The notes beneath the pieces are model-generated. The model was not told the DNA's origin and did no database searches. It was given only the letters and a program-made list of their open reading frames with translations. A stretch of 64,000 bases of DNA from Paramecium tetraurelia. Its lineage: Eukaryota. Shown here piece after piece: positions 25,925-41,409 of the stretch. Location: NCBI GenBank assembly GCA_000165425.1, contig CT868252.1, positions 124,001-188,000 on the forward strand. The letters run 5' to 3'. The translations under genes and the position numbers were made by a program. The number at the start of each line of letters is the position of its first letter. Positions within the stretch are counted from its first letter, which is position 1.

Positions 25925-27500
25925 ATGAATTAAAGAAAATATGAAAAGCAAAGCAGAAAGTCATCTCAAAATAAAAACTAAGATTTGGAATAAAACCCCA
26001 AGAGGAGATGGTCTAAGCAAGATACTCCAAGGAACTATGATAATATCAATAAATTATAATATAGTTTTGACTATTCCAGGATAAATAACAAATATTTAGA
26101 GTAAATAAGGAACAATACTAAAATTAAATAACTTGTTGCTAAATAGAAATTGGAATAGCAGAATTCCCATCTCTTTAAAATTCAACAAGAATTCATACCA
26201 AAACCAAAGTGGCAAAATTATTAAGATAGTTTATATTCAATGATAAATCAATAAAAATGTTTTGCCTATCTTGATTATTAAGCATCCTGATATTCATATA
26301 ATCATTAAATTAACATTAATTTTATCTTATTTTTTACCTAGAACATTATTAAAATACTTTATAAACAATAACATTTTTAAGACTTTGAAACAATATTTTT
26401 ATTTATATATACATTAATCATTCTTGTAATATGCATAAAGAATTGGTAAATCTAAAATTACTTTAGTAATAAAATAATAATAAACACCAAATATGTCAAT
26501 CATTTACGATCAGCACCCTTCATAGAAAATTTACTAGATGTTTATTTTTAAGGATTTGCAAATTTTGATTACACTTTTAATTAAGATCATATATATCTAA
26601 ACTTAATTCAATAGTATTATTTATAATACATAACTTCTATTAATAATAACTATTATAATATGGATTTAAAATAATTGCAAAAAGAAAATCACTTCAAATA
26701 ACCTATTTCAATTAAAATAAAAGAAACAAAAAAAGGGCTTTATGTAGCAGAATAAATAAATTCAAATCAGATCTACCGAAATATTCCTTCATGCCAATAA
26801 ATTCTTTAAAATTGAACTAGTACTTTCTTAGTAAAAATAATTATTTGGATGTTATTAAAAATTTAAAAAAAATACATTAATTTTTGTAAAATTTGGATTA
26901 GTAAATTTATAAACATTTCATTGGAAATATTATAGTTCATTGAATAAAATACTAAATTAACCTTCAAGTAACAAATTACTTAAAGGAGATGGCATCATTC
27001 TTAATTTAGATAAAATCTAAATTTCTGAATGGGAAAGATGATGTTGATTTATTGTGAAAATTGATACGAATCTAATATTTGAATTCAAGGATAGCGTATA
27101 AAGATTGGAAAGGCTAAAGCAATTAACATATCCAAAATGAAATAACAAAATCTAATTCTATTATAATATAATAAATCAATAATTAAGATGAAAGAAAATT
27201 CTAAAATCTTGAAATATCAAAATTAGAATAAATAAAATAATCTATTTAATTAGAAGTTAAGAAAATAACTAAGGATTTCAATATTAATAAGGAAATTAAA
27301 AATTAAGCAAAATACCTATTATAAGATTATAAGGAGATTTATCTTATGGCATGTTATATAGAAATGGGAAAATGTATAAAAATTTACTTTAAAAAAAGTA
27401 ATTAATATTTAAAATAAAAACATAAAGGAGGATTATTGAAAACCATCAAAGATTTAAATTTATCTTCAAACTTAAATGAAGAGGAATGAAAATCCTTATT
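25925..27500 (+). pseudogene. Probable decayed gene, possibly MORN-repeat-like
   Basis: An ATG opens about 120 codons ending at TGA 26288. Downstream coding-like fragments (LLKGDGII, QGDLSYGMLYRNGKMY) are broken by TGAs and frameshifts. Confidence 0.35.
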
Positions 27501-27900
27501 AAAAAAATGATTATATAATACTATTTCGTTTAGTTACCTGAAAATTTATGACATTAAAATCTTTAGAAGCAAAATCTGAATCATAATCTACTTTCCAAAA
27601 TTTTACAGCAATTTAAATTAAGTCTAATCCTTTAAGCTTAACTTTTAATGGGAATCTTAAATATTTGTTGTAAGATTTTGATTTTCTAATGATTATCTTT
27701 TCTCTAGAAAAAGATGCTATTCATAGCTCCAATATCCAATAGTTTTAATATGAGGCCTAATGTTAATAGAGATCAAATTTGCTAGATTGGAATTTCAGAT
27801 AAATTGAATTAAAATTTGTGAGTGCTATTTTTATTCGAGAATATAGTTGTTTGAGATATTAATTATTATATAATATTTTCTGAATCGGTGTTCGAAGAAG

Positions 27901-29933
<2,033 letters not shown>

Positions 29934-29956
29934 GTTAATAATAATAAATAAAATAT

Positions 29957-32281
29957 TCAAAATTGTACAAAATCATTGTTAACAAATGACCAACCATTAA
30001 TGTAATTAATTGCACTCGATTTATCTGCAGAAAGTATAAAATCAAAAGGTATATCAAATTCTTAATTCAGTATGTCTTCATTAATTACTGGAATTGGTGG
30101 TTTATATTTTCTTTATTTTATATTTAATGAAGAATACCTATTTAATAAATCCTTCCAATTTATTTATTTTAAAAATGGATGATCTTTAATTTCATCGGCA
30201 TCTCTTTATGAGGCACCTAATCTCTACAAAGGATTCTTAATCAAGAGAGATTATATCATAGATTTGCATTCTTTTGTGATTGTTTCTGGGAATTGAATGT
30301 TATTTTATTCAATATTGTAGTATCATTTCATCTCTATTGGCTGAGAAATATGGCGGTCGACCAGTAATCATTTCATATAATAAGATCCCTTATTATTAAT
30401 TTAATTTTAAATACCCATATGATACCAATCAACAGCCCTACCATGACCGACTCTTTTTAGCATTTCTGGAGCCAAATATGCCATAGAACCACAAAAACTT
30501 TTGGCTCCATAATTGTCGTGAATTCCTTCCTTTGATAATCCAAAATCTGTTAACATTGCATGTCCGTATTGGTCAATGACAACATTTTCTGGTTTTAAAT
30601 CTCTGTAGATGATGTCATTTTAATGTAAGTGTTCCAAGGCAGTCAATATTTCAGCAAAGTACAACTTGGCTTATTATTCTGATAATCTTTATTGTCTTTG
30701 GATTAATTTAGATAGATCACCTCCAGGACAAAAGTCCATCAATAAACATAGATGAGTATTAGTTTAAAATGCATATCTTAATTTAACAATAAATGGATGA
30801 TTCAAATAAGACAGAATATTTCTTTCGGTTAAAGCATACCTTAATAAATTTTATCCAAGGAATTTATTCTTAGGTAAAACCTTCATAGCCAATTTCGGTC
30901 CTTGATTAGGCCTACCAGTTATTCTCTTTTCAACCAAATAAACATCTCCAAATGAGCCTTTACCTATTTGTAATATTATTCTAATTGAAGATGGTCCAAT
31001 TACTTCAGTATAATCTTATGCAGGATGGATGTAGGCTGTTGATCTATTTGAATGAGAATTCATGTATTCAACTTTTTATGGAGATTAACAACGCACCAAC
31101 ATTTGATAAGCATTTGCTTATTATTTACTATTAGGGGAAGTGATTACTCTTTCATTAGATTCTTCAAAGATCCTAACTCTTTAACATAAGTTAAATGAAT
31201 CTTATTTCATCTTAATTAAGTTGATTCACTACCTTCTAGTGTTTATCAAATAGTATTTTGAGAGCAGGACAATGTTGGACTAAATCATAAGGTGTTTTGC
31301 CATCCAGATTCCTTATATTTATCATTATTGAAGGCCTAGCCAATAATATTTCAGCAATCCTCTTGTGTTCTAAGTTTAAACCATTAATTTACAAAAATAA
31401 CAAGCATAATGCAATGGAGTATTTTAAAGATTGTCCATATGATTAATATCAGCACCTATAGTTAACAACAATGACAAGATGTATTCACACCCTTTTTAAG
31501 CACAAATACTTAATGCAGTTTATCCCTGTGAGTTTGTTAAATCGCAATCAGCTTCATTTTTTAAAAGTAATAATGCTAATTCGTAGTTCTGATTCATGCA
31601 ACTATAATGTAATGGAATCAATCCTTTATAAATAATGATATTTAATACCAGAGTCATCTCTAATGTTTATTTCAGGTTTCAAGTCCTTGGATGCAATTTC
31701 TAAAAGTTTCTCTACTTCTTTTATATTATTCGATTTAACATAATTTAATAAACTTCGATTATTCTCTTTTTTCTATTGCCACCAACCTTGCCATGCTGAT
31801 TTATGTCTCTTCTTCAATTTTGTCATATACTCTCTATTCACAGGAATCTTTTCTGTATTTCTAATATCATAAACATTCCCTAGGTTCTAAATTACTAATA
31901 CCTGTATCTTAATCTTTGATCAAAAAGGCTGCATCATTCTCACCAATGTTTTAATACAAATGGACAGGCGCAGTATTTGTATGATAATGAGAGGATTTCC
32001 ATTACTACTCCTCCATATAACTGGGTTACTATTCAAATCCAATGGAATTTTTGGAACTAGACTTATTACTATTGCAATTCGATAAACTTTCTTATGAATT
32101 TTAATAAATTGGCTATCTTAGTCGTTGTTTAATAATAATTATACATGGCTTCTAAATTATAATCTTTTGTCTTTTAGGTTTTCTTAACTGAAAAGTCGTT
32201 TCCCTTAATGGGTTACTCCCCTACTCTGTTCATTTGCTAATTGGTTTCTCTTGGTGTTGGTAACATATATTAGCGTTGCAT
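29957..32281 (-). CDS. Ankyrin-repeat AGC-family Ser/Thr kinase (Akt/S6K/SGK-like catalytic domain)
   Basis: Ankyrin repeats ([26 protein letters not shown]), then [41 protein letters not shown] and the C-terminal hydrophobic motif INGWSFV. Confidence 0.92.
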
Positions 32282-32716
32282 TATAAAACAAATTTATATT
32301 AATAAGTTAATAATAATTTATATACTTCATTCATATCTACTCTGTTTCTATTAGTTCTCGCACTTACATTATCCACTTAAATCTTAATACTATACTTGTA
32401 AATAATTTCCAGAATATAATGCTATTTCTGGTCTATTTCTGAATATAATCTCATTTTTAAATCGTAGTCTCATTGCAAAAGAACTTACACCCACTTTTTT
32501 AATTCCTTTTATTTAAAATAATTTTTATTATTGCTGTTGTTATTTGATTTATACATTTTCTGTGATATTTATAGTTAAAGATATCACTTGGAGTTGATTA
32601 GATAGAACAAAATAGACAACTACAAATGGTTTATGATAAATTATCAAATTCAATTTAAATGTCGAATATGGATATCAAAATATATGAAATTCTTTATTTA
32701 TATTACTTTAAATATA

Positions 32717-34148
32717 TCAAATTTTCTATTATATGTTGTTTATATTTATTTCATCCACAATAATCTCTTTGTTACTACATAATTCATTTAGAATTATATC
32801 ATATCTACGATATGCATTTTCTTTTATAAATTTATTTTGAATTGGCTTGAAGCATTCTAAAAGATTTTTATATATAAAAACTTTATTCAAAGCCTTTAAA
32901 CAAATAAATGAAGATTTAAGTTCAGGATATATTTCTTTTAGTTAGTCAGGCATTTCTCGAATTTTATCATTTGATCGAACCTGATCATGACTTATTTATT
33001 GAATTAATATTTGAGTGTTTTTCTTCCTTATTATATCAAGGATCTCTTATAAAATTTTCGTATAATTTTGTAGGTAATTTCTTTTAAATTCATCGACTTC
33101 ATCTTTTGTATTATCCTAATCCCATTATGATAATTCTTGATTGTTATCTAACTTTAACTTTGCTAATTCCTCTTTTACTAATAAGTAAATTAGGGTATCT
33201 GATTAAAGTTAAGACTCCTTTTATTAATAGTGATTCCCCTTAATCATTTTGCTAAAAAATTATGAAACAAAGTTAATTTTTGTAAAGAATTCCATCACAC
33301 AAAGTCTTCCAGTAATTTATTCATAAGGAGCGATAAAAACATTAATAAAACCTTCAATTAAAAATTTTTTTTTTTCTTAAATTCCTAAATCTAAAATTTA
33401 TTCTGATATCAATATTAATAAGTATTTATGTTTTAGTTCAACTAATGTTGGTCTGTCATCTGGACTTATATCTTTACATTTCTCTATTAATTCCCTTAAT
33501 TAATTATCTTGGATTTATTCCAAATCTATATCAATGAGATGTTTTTAGGTATGCATATAGCATATAATGCATCCTAATGAGTAAACTGTCATTTTCTCAT
33601 CAAACTCAATATTCTAACCAGTTCCAATCAAATCTTTTATCTCTTAAGGTACATTTTTATTCATCACTATTTCCTCATTATCTCTTTTTAATACATCAGT
33701 TATAAAATAGCCTAAGTAAAATCGCTTAGTTATATATATTTATGATTCTCTCTAATCTGAACCTAGAATAAAGTGCTGACAATTCAACATTGGAAGATGA
33801 ATTCTGTATTAGCTTAGAGTAATTGCCAAATTTATTAATTCTATGATTTTATAATACCTAAGTATTTTAAATTTTTCATTTTCTTCACCAAAGAAAACTG
33901 CGTCAAAATTTTTACCTTAACCTAATTCTACGTCTTATGAAATTTCCACAAATTTGAAGATAAATGAGTCACTATTTTCCTCAATTATCATCGAATCTGC
34001 AATAATTCCAAATTTTAATTTTTTAATTTTTTTTAAGTTAGTTTTTAATTATTTTAGCTAATAAAATTGATATTTCTTTTACTTGGTTCAGTTGTGTTTA
34101 AGTCTAGGTGTTTTTTTCTATTTCATATTGGAAATATTCTTAATTCAT
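32717..34148 (-). CDS. Kinase-fold-derived protein (pseudokinase) with helical C-terminal region
   Basis: Long open code-6 frame with C-lobe-like motifs EKMTVYSLGCII and LIEKCKDISPDDRPTLVEL, but no GxGxxG, HRD or DFG. Confidence 0.6.
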
Positions 34149-34482
34149 ATTAAAAATAATATATTTATAATAATAAATTTTGATAATTCAATTCTATTGC
34201 TTAGAATCTGCCAAATTTATTTTCCATTATAGTTTTACTTATCCATACCAAATCAACCTTTAATTAAAATTATAGTTTTAATACCATTTTAATCCTGTAA
34301 ACTAATTTATAAGCTATCCTATTTTACTCTAATTTAAATTATATTTTAATGTTGGCAATTTCATTATATCATATATTTATGCTATTAGATTAGCTAAACT
34401 GATTTTCTTTATTCTTTAAAAATTATAATATGTTTATTATTATTTATTTCTCTAATCTGCTAATTCATTTTATTTTCTGTTA

Positions 34483-35023
34483 ATGATTAAAAATAATTCG
34501 AAAAGCTATTCCACTTTAAGAAAAAAGTCAACCTAGTTCATATCGGAAACATCTAAGGGAAAGTAATAGACTGTAAGTAACAAAACAAGGGCAAAATCCA
34601 TCACATAAACAACAATAAAGTTATAGTTGATATAGATTTCTTAGGAAAGCTATCCCGACAATCAAGCCTCCTGTGATTGATTTGAATAAGATAGAGGTAA
34701 ATCCCTTTACATTCGCAAATAGAAATTCGCATAATAATTCATCAGATCAAACCAATTCTAGGAGTTAAAATAGTGATGTTGAATAATAAGGGTTTGTGGC
34801 AGTTAAACAAAATAATCAAGACTAGTTATAAATTTTGAAGCGATAAAAATAGTTACTTGAATATAGATTAATGTAAGAAACAGAGTCTTGTCAATAATAT
34901 CAATAAAATTATCATTTTCTGCAAGAGAGACTGCAAAAGTTGGAACTTGCAAAAAATAACTACATAAATGAAATGAATTCGTTTACTAAATGTTTAAAAC
35001 TGATTTTAAACAAGGATGAATGA
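34483..35023 (+). CDS. Hypothetical coiled-coil protein
   Basis: Starts MIKNNSKSYST; one 25-nt intron; ends LILNKDE*. Confidence 0.6.
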
Positions 35024-35068
35024 TTTTAGTCTATAAATAATTTATAAATATAATTATATTTATTATTA

Positions 35069-36751
35069 TCAATTGAATGATTAAGTGAGTTCACATAATT
35101 GATCATAAATATCTTATAACTAATTATGCGTAGTTGTGAAAGAGAAGTTTTCTAGTTAGCTGTGTTAGATTATAATCCTATTCTCAATATAAGATATATT
35201 GCATTCGTTAAGATTGTAAATCATTTAAGCCTTTAAACTTTTCTGGTTTTTGAAAATCTAAATTTATCTACTATTCAAAATCAAATACCTATATTTATAA
35301 AATAATGCTTTACTTCTCTTAGGCATCCTCTTCTTCAAATTTGACTTAACATATACCAATATTTTTAATAAAATAATCAGTTGTGTCACTGTTAAATTCA
35401 TTACTGCTCTTCTTTGATGAAGACAATGATTTTGACGAGTCTTAAAATGTAATTTCATTAATGTTTGGTCTTTGCTTAGGATCATTATTTAAACATTCCA
35501 TTATTATTTCAGCTATTTTGCTATGTTTATCTCTGAGGATCGATGGCAAAATGCCTTTTCTGGCATCATTAATTACTTTAATCATTTCCATAGAAGTAGA
35601 AATTGGATGAAACAATAACAATATTATTAATCCCAAAGCATAAATATCGCTTTTTTGATCATAGAAGGATTTATTTCTATTTTAAGTGATTTATTCTGGA
35701 GCTGCATACATTTTGGTGCAAATATCATCATCATTATCCTAATCATCGAAATCATAAAATTGTTTTAATTTGGTCACTAGACCGAAATCTCCAATTTTCA
35801 CATCCTCTGGACTATTCATAAAGATATTTCCTGGTTTTAAATCACGATGAACTAGTTTGCATTCATTATGTAAATAGTCTAATCCTTTAATAATTTATTC
35901 TAATATCAGTTTAGCTTCTTTTTCGTAATTTTAAAGTTTAAGTTGATATTTTTCAATCTTCTTTTTTTTGAGTCTCAGTAATTCATTATTTCTTTTTTGT
36001 AGATAGTTTTCAAGTGTTTCTTAACAGAATTCAGTTTAGATATAGAATATGATCTTATCAAACTCTAATTTTTTCTCATCTTGACTTGTTGATTTCTTAC
36101 TTTAAGTATTGTGACTTTGTTTCTGACGACTTACTCTGGATTTTGGTTGGATATCATTTTCTTACTCTGAATAGCTTATTTATTCATTTTGAGCATCTTT
36201 AAACATAATCAAATTTTCAAGATCATTCTTTGAATTTGATTGAGAATCACAAAAACTAAAGTTATTTCTTTCAAATTCATTTTAATCCTACTCTTACTTT
36301 CTAATTAGTTTTGATTCTGATTTGTTTTGCATAACTTCAACCCAAGAATTGAAGTATCTAATAATTTTAGGATGAGATAGACGGGCTAAGTATTTGGCTT
36401 CTGGGGAACTTTATGATTAAAATACTTTACCTCTTTATGCTCTTTCGATATTCTTCTCAAGGCTATCTTTGATATCCTTAGCTTTAAGTTCGATCTAAAA
36501 TAAAATATAAACTCAAATTACTTTTTTTAGAGCATAAGTGTTCTTATCCAATAAGTTGGTCACTTTATAAACCTTAGAGAATCCACCCTTTCCTATCCTC
36601 CCTAGTACCTTGAAGTCCGATTCTAATCTCTAACATAAATATTAGGAAAATAAGCATTAATATAAGTTAGGTGTAGTTAAATATGCAATAAGAGTGTATT
36701 TTATACCTTTGACTGTAAGGTGGCTAGTTTGGCAAGATCGATTGGAAACAT
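35069..36751 (-). CDS. eIF2-alpha-kinase-like (PEK family) protein kinase
   Basis: [49 protein letters not shown], a long kinase insert, [47 protein letters not shown]. The start is ambiguous (36751 with a long intron, or 36794 unspliced). Confidence 0.85.
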
Positions 36752-36818
36752 TTATTATCAAATTTATCAGAAAAATTATAATAAAAGTAAACATGAATTG
36801 TTATAATTATAATAATAA

Positions 36819-39055
36819 TCACATCTTGATTTGTTGATATAAACTATCATCGCTCATCAAATCTTATCCTTTTTTATCTATTTCTTCCTAAAAAGGTTAG
36901 AATCAATAACATACTTAATCGTATTATGAATTGAATGTCTCTATTTTTTATAATTAGAACTCCTGTTTAATTGTATCTAAATTAAATTTCAGTTTCTCAT
37001 TTTCCCATTATAAAGATGATACCTAATTCTACAAACATGTAACATAATCCTTATTCTAGGATTCCTATTGAATGTCTGTTAATTATAGATTTCTTTAACT
37101 TGATGAATTTAACTATTATTTTTATTTCAATGAAGGGTGTATTTTGAGTTTTCTGTTTGGATGACTTGAATTAAATAACTATATTGGAACCTATCCAAAT
37201 TCTGCTACCTATGTTTCCAAAGCTTGTTTTTCTATAGAGGTTCTGCATTAATTCCAGTTCACATTTTCAGCATAAGTATAAGGATAGAATAAATTATCTT
37301 ACTTGACAGCCTCTTCTCCTCTGGTTTTGCAACCAAATATTAGATCTATCCACTTTGGCAACTAAGAACTTACGTAATCACTCTCTAATGCCATCCTCAT
37401 TTTCAATAAGAAATCAGTCATTGAATTAGCCCAAGGTGGTATGATGGCATCATCAATAATCTCTCCTTCCTAAGTCATTCCCAATTCCAATTTATCACAA
37501 TTGATCAAGAAATCTGGATCAAGTGAATAGAATTCTGGAATCAATTCTTTAGAGTCGGCGTGTAAATTTAATGTTGTATACCAGGTGCTATCAATACCTC
37601 TGAAGATACGGTCAGTTGGTCCAAATACACCGTTTTATAGTTTAATAACAAATTCAGGTATTTTTCTAATTAAATAATACACGACAGTTCCTGGACTGGA
37701 ATAATGAGTAGGATATATGTATGGTATCATGTCATTATTATTGTTATTCTTTTGACTTTTCAATTATTCTTAATAGGATTGTTTATATTTTTGTAATCTA
37801 TGTTTGTTTAGTGCTCCAACAGGACGAGACAAATCCCTGAAGAATTCTGGAGATGTTAAATCAAAGTTTTTGTCTGTATATTCTGCAATGATCCAAGGAA
37901 ATACGGGATATGCGGATAGATCGCAGAAGCTTCTACTGGAAAAAGTGTTTAAGGACATCAAATAGTCAAAGTTGCTTAAACCGCCATCAACCCAAAGTTC
38001 TGTTAGTTTTTCAACTGTAATGGAGCTGATTTAATTTTTGGTAGTTTTTCTGATTAAATATTTATAGACAGTGTCTAATTGTTGTGGGTCTTCAAAAACA
38101 AGTAAAACACTTCTTTTTTTATTGAAGAACCAGATTTCTAAACCAATTTATTTAAACATGTAACGATATTTCAAGAAGAATTTAATATCAGTCAATTGCC
38201 ACATCAATATCTTCCCTTTTGGAGAATTGATTAATGGAATGTATTTAATTCCTTCATCTCTCTAAATAGAAAACAATCCAAAGATGTTGCCTTCAGGCTT
38301 AATCAATTTACACTTAACAGCGAGTTCAATTTTGAGTCCTTACTAAGAGGAGTAGGCTCTGTGTTCATTCATTGCTTCATTTAGTGTTGTGTTGATGATT
38401 GTGCTTATAAATGAGTTTTCATCTTCTGCTTGGGTGAGTCCTTGATAAAGCTTGAGAAATCTGACAATATTTTATTTTGAATTTGATTATGAAATGGAAA
38501 ACACAATATTCTCATCGCACTACGTGATAATGAAATTAGCTTACAGTTTCAGTAATGTAGGGACTGATTGGATTTCTATTAATAACAAACAGTTTATCTA
38601 CTCTAAGAAACATGATAGTATATTGTGAATTGGCAGTTCTGGATTGAACTTTGTAGAGTCGATCCAATAATTCATTGTTTTTGTCTCTCTTGAAATGCTG
38701 ATACAATTAATTAATATCTAGTGAGTCGATGTCTTCCATCAGTAAGGAGGGAGTCCATTTGATCGACATGATTTGATTCATGGTTTTTGTGTCGATGTTA
38801 CGCAAAATCTTCAGTATGAGATTATTTGAGTATTTCATCTTGATCATGGGTAATTTTGGTTGGTTTGGCTGGAATACTAGGGAACGGGAACAGATGTGCA
38901 ATTTGCCACGAATTCTATTCTTATATGAATTGGTGTTACTCATTGTTATTGTGAAGAGAGACTTTGAGGGATAGAAAGTAGTATTCTTGAGTTTCCAAAT
39001 GTAATAAATTGAATTCCTGTTTAGGCTTTCGTATTGAAGAGAGTGAGAAAAACAT
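36819..39055 (-). CDS. FAN/NSMAF-like PH-BEACH protein (no WD40 seen)
   Basis: EFNLLHLETQEYYF..IRGKLHICSRSLVFQP resembles the FAN N-terminus. BEACH motifs: WVDGGLSNFDYLMSLN, RSFCDLSAYPVFPWII, THYSSPG, SKELIPEFY, LESDYVSSQLPKWIDLIFG. Confidence 0.88.
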
Positions 39056-39073
39056 TAATTAATTTATTATATA

Positions 39074-39768
39074 ATGTCTCAAAGGAAAAAAAAGAGAGAT
39101 CCAACGCCGACGAGAGTAGCTTTGGTTTGTCTCAAGACCACTCAAAATAATATTCAAATCAATAACTAATCGTTGCTCAAGATTTTCTCCAAACATGGTT
39201 CAATATCAAAAGTACGCTTTTCATTGATATTATAGATTTTAATATTTGAGAGAGGCTAATTGTTAACAAAAGTCTTTATTGAATATGATGAGGTAAATTC
39301 TGCTATTGATGCTATTAAGTATGCATTTGGGTTAAATATTGTAGATATCTAAACAATACTAAAATATTGAATCAAATTTCTTGTAATGTCTATCACTCTC
39401 GTTTAAAGTAACTGAAATTAGATACAGTCCCGTATACGAAAGGACTGGATTTTACTAATATTCCATCGAACATTATTGAGCAAGTTGAATAAATTGAATA
39501 GCAGCTTGAAAATAATGATAAAACATTTAATAATAATGAATGGCAAGACTTTTAATTTGAAAATAGATCAACAGATGAAGTGTCAGATGAAGAGGAACCT
39601 CAATTTTCAGAAGAGAAGATGAAAGACATCATTACAAAGCTTAATCAAATAGATGAGGAGATAAATCAAACAATTGAAACCAAAATTGTAACTGCTCTAG
39701 ATAAGTTGAGACAGACACAACAATTCATTAAACAATAAGAAAATCAAGTAATTCAAATCAATTAATGA
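39074..39768 (+). CDS. PTB/hnRNP-L-like single-RRM protein with acidic coiled-coil tail
   Basis: LLKIFSKHGSISK-ILIFERG..KVFIEYDEVNSAIDAIKYLNN..CNVYHSRLKQLKL. Two introns. Confidence 0.7.
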
Positions 39769-39858
39769 AGACCACAAATGATATATTCAAAATTTATAAT
39801 TTCTCTCATTCACAAATTGTAATATTTTAATTAATCTCTATTTAAATACTTATAACCA

Positions 39859-41281
39859 ATGCGAACCAACAATGCTAATTAAATTAGATAAACTCTCAGA
39901 TAGACCTTATTTAAAGGTAGAAAGCATCAATTTCAATCCAATGACAATATTCAAATCAATGAAACACCGTCAATAACATTATACAAAAATTTTGATGAGA
40001 TTTATTGTTACAAGAATAAGAATCTTGGTAATGGAATTAAGTATAATAGGTTAGGGAGCACATGGGATTGTAAAAATCTGTTATAACAAATTAGAAGGAA
40101 ATGCAATTCAGTATGCAGTAAAGGTATTCCGCTCTGGGGACCCTGAAATCATTAGTACAATAAAAAAAACCTTTAAAATCAATAGGCAACTGAATGATCT
40201 GCAATGTGTAATCAAGGCTATTGATCTATTCATAAATGTCACCAAAGAAGAAATCCATCTTGTTATGGAATTGTGTCCATATCCCTCATTAGATAAAATA
40301 CTCCAATAAAAAAAATAATTAACTATTAGATAGCAACAATTACTGATTCTAGAACTAGCCAAAGCAATAGATAAAATTCATAGCAAATGTGTTTGTCACA
40401 GAGATCTCAAACCAGATAATATCTTGGTGTAACTGACGGAGGATGATGCAAAAATTAAAATAATTGATTTTGGAGTCTCCAAAAAATTCGTCACCAAAAC
40501 CAGAAATTCTACATAGAACATAGAAATGTGGACAAGAACTGGTTCACTGTTTTACTAGGCTCCTGAAATCTTCGCTGGAGGAGGATACAACTAAAAAGGT
40601 AAGAGTAAATAATTACTTAGTCGATATATGGTCTATTGGGGTTATTGTGTATTAATTGTTCTGTTAATAATTGCCATTTTAAAATGATCAAATAATAGAT
40701 ACCATCGAACTAATATGTGATCCTAATTACAATGTAGAGAACACCGCACAATTTGAATCCCTAGATCTATTGCAGTAGGATCTATTGAAGAGATTACTAA
40801 GGAAAGAACCTGAAAAACGATTATCCTCAACAGGTTTCAATCATATTAATTTATAGAGTTCATTCTACATCCTTGGCTACATCCGGACAATCAAGAACAA
40901 AATCAAAACCAATTTTGTTTTTCATTGAATCCGGATAAATTATAAAATTTATCAACATCTGAATAACTAATAGGTGTCGAATAGATTGATCAAAATATGG
41001 TACTTACAAAAGAGCCTTATTGTGCCAGTACCATTCTACGAGTAGAAGAGCATAAAGAGAAAATAGATAGAGTGGATGAGATAGGGAATCATATATATTT
41101 TTACTCTTCATCCAAACAATTAACTCAAGAACCAGAAATCAAGTCGTTGGATGAAAAGTAGACAAGCGTGAATCAATTAGAGGATTTCAAGGGCGAAATC
41201 ATTCAAGATACTCATAAGTCTTTAGATGAAGATGTTGAATTAAATAATTACAAAACTGTTGGTTCCTTTATAATGAATTGA
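39859..41281 (+). CDS. CAMK-group Ser/Thr protein kinase
   Basis: LGQGAHGIV, YAVKVF, CHRDLKPDNILV, IKIIDFGVSK, WTRTGSLFYQAPEI, VDIWSIGVI. Three introns. Confidence 0.92.
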
Positions 41282-41409
41282 TATTATTTGTTTAATATTT
41301 TCTCAAATTTAATAAGCAAATAACTTTCTCACTCATAATTATTTATTTAGACCAATTACTTTCTCATTCATTATTATCTATCGATATAAACAATAAAATA
41401 GTAGATTCA

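Noticed and set aside
32290..32700. Possible Pol III ncRNA (short CCAGAA/TTCTGG stem, T-run at about 32494)
   Set aside because: There is no tRNA cloverleaf, A/B box, or snRNA/snoRNA box pair I can support. An Rfam scan would be needed.
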